In this document: positions 63,921 to 64,000 of the stretch, in pieces
How positions within the stretch are numbered: the stretch's first letter is position 1
Layout: every line of letters starts with the position of its first letter
Source: Heptranchias perlo
Taxonomy: Eukaryota
Reading direction: 5' to 3'
DNA: 64,000 nucleotides
NCBI RefSeq assembly: GCF_035084215.1
Contig: NC_090326.1
Coordinates: forward strand, 14,074,001 to 14,138,000
Position numbers and translations under genes: made by a program
The notes under the pieces: model-generated
Databases searched by the model: none
Told to the model about the DNA's origin: nothing
What the model saw: only the letters and a program-made list of their open reading frames with translations

Positions 63921-64000
63921 TTTCCCCTTCTCCCTTCTGCACCCCTTATGCATAGTAATGGTCATGAGGTTCTCTTTGGCCTCATTGTATCTGCTACTGG

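Overview
Repeat-dominated vertebrate genomic DNA. The TE complement (CR1 LINEs with (ATTCTATG)n tails, Deu-domain tRNA SINEs, L2, Harbinger, Penelope-like fragments) points to a cartilaginous fish, probably a shark; this is inference. I could not identify any host protein-coding exon, so the window looks intronic or intergenic, and nearly all long ORFs are TE remnants or satellite artefacts. Main content: (i) at least six copies of a poly(A)-tailed APE-RT LINE ('family A'), one with a near-complete ORF2; (ii) over a dozen vertebrate-type CR1 fragments, including a head-to-tail stack at 55.1-60.5 kb; (iii) PIF/Harbinger derivatives (Myb/SANT plus HARBI1-like remnants) and palindromic MITEs; (iv) two SINE families; (v) several mini- and microsatellites. 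Most notable: a 2.55 kb foldback made of two opposed 25-bp arrays closed by 72-bp inverted termini (30062-32612); minimal hammerhead-ribozyme motifs; an apparently ORF1-less LINE with a short bipartite derivative; and two neighbouring LINE copies that share a dead catalytic motif (FADD to FAGD). All alignments were done by eye and most boundaries are approximate.
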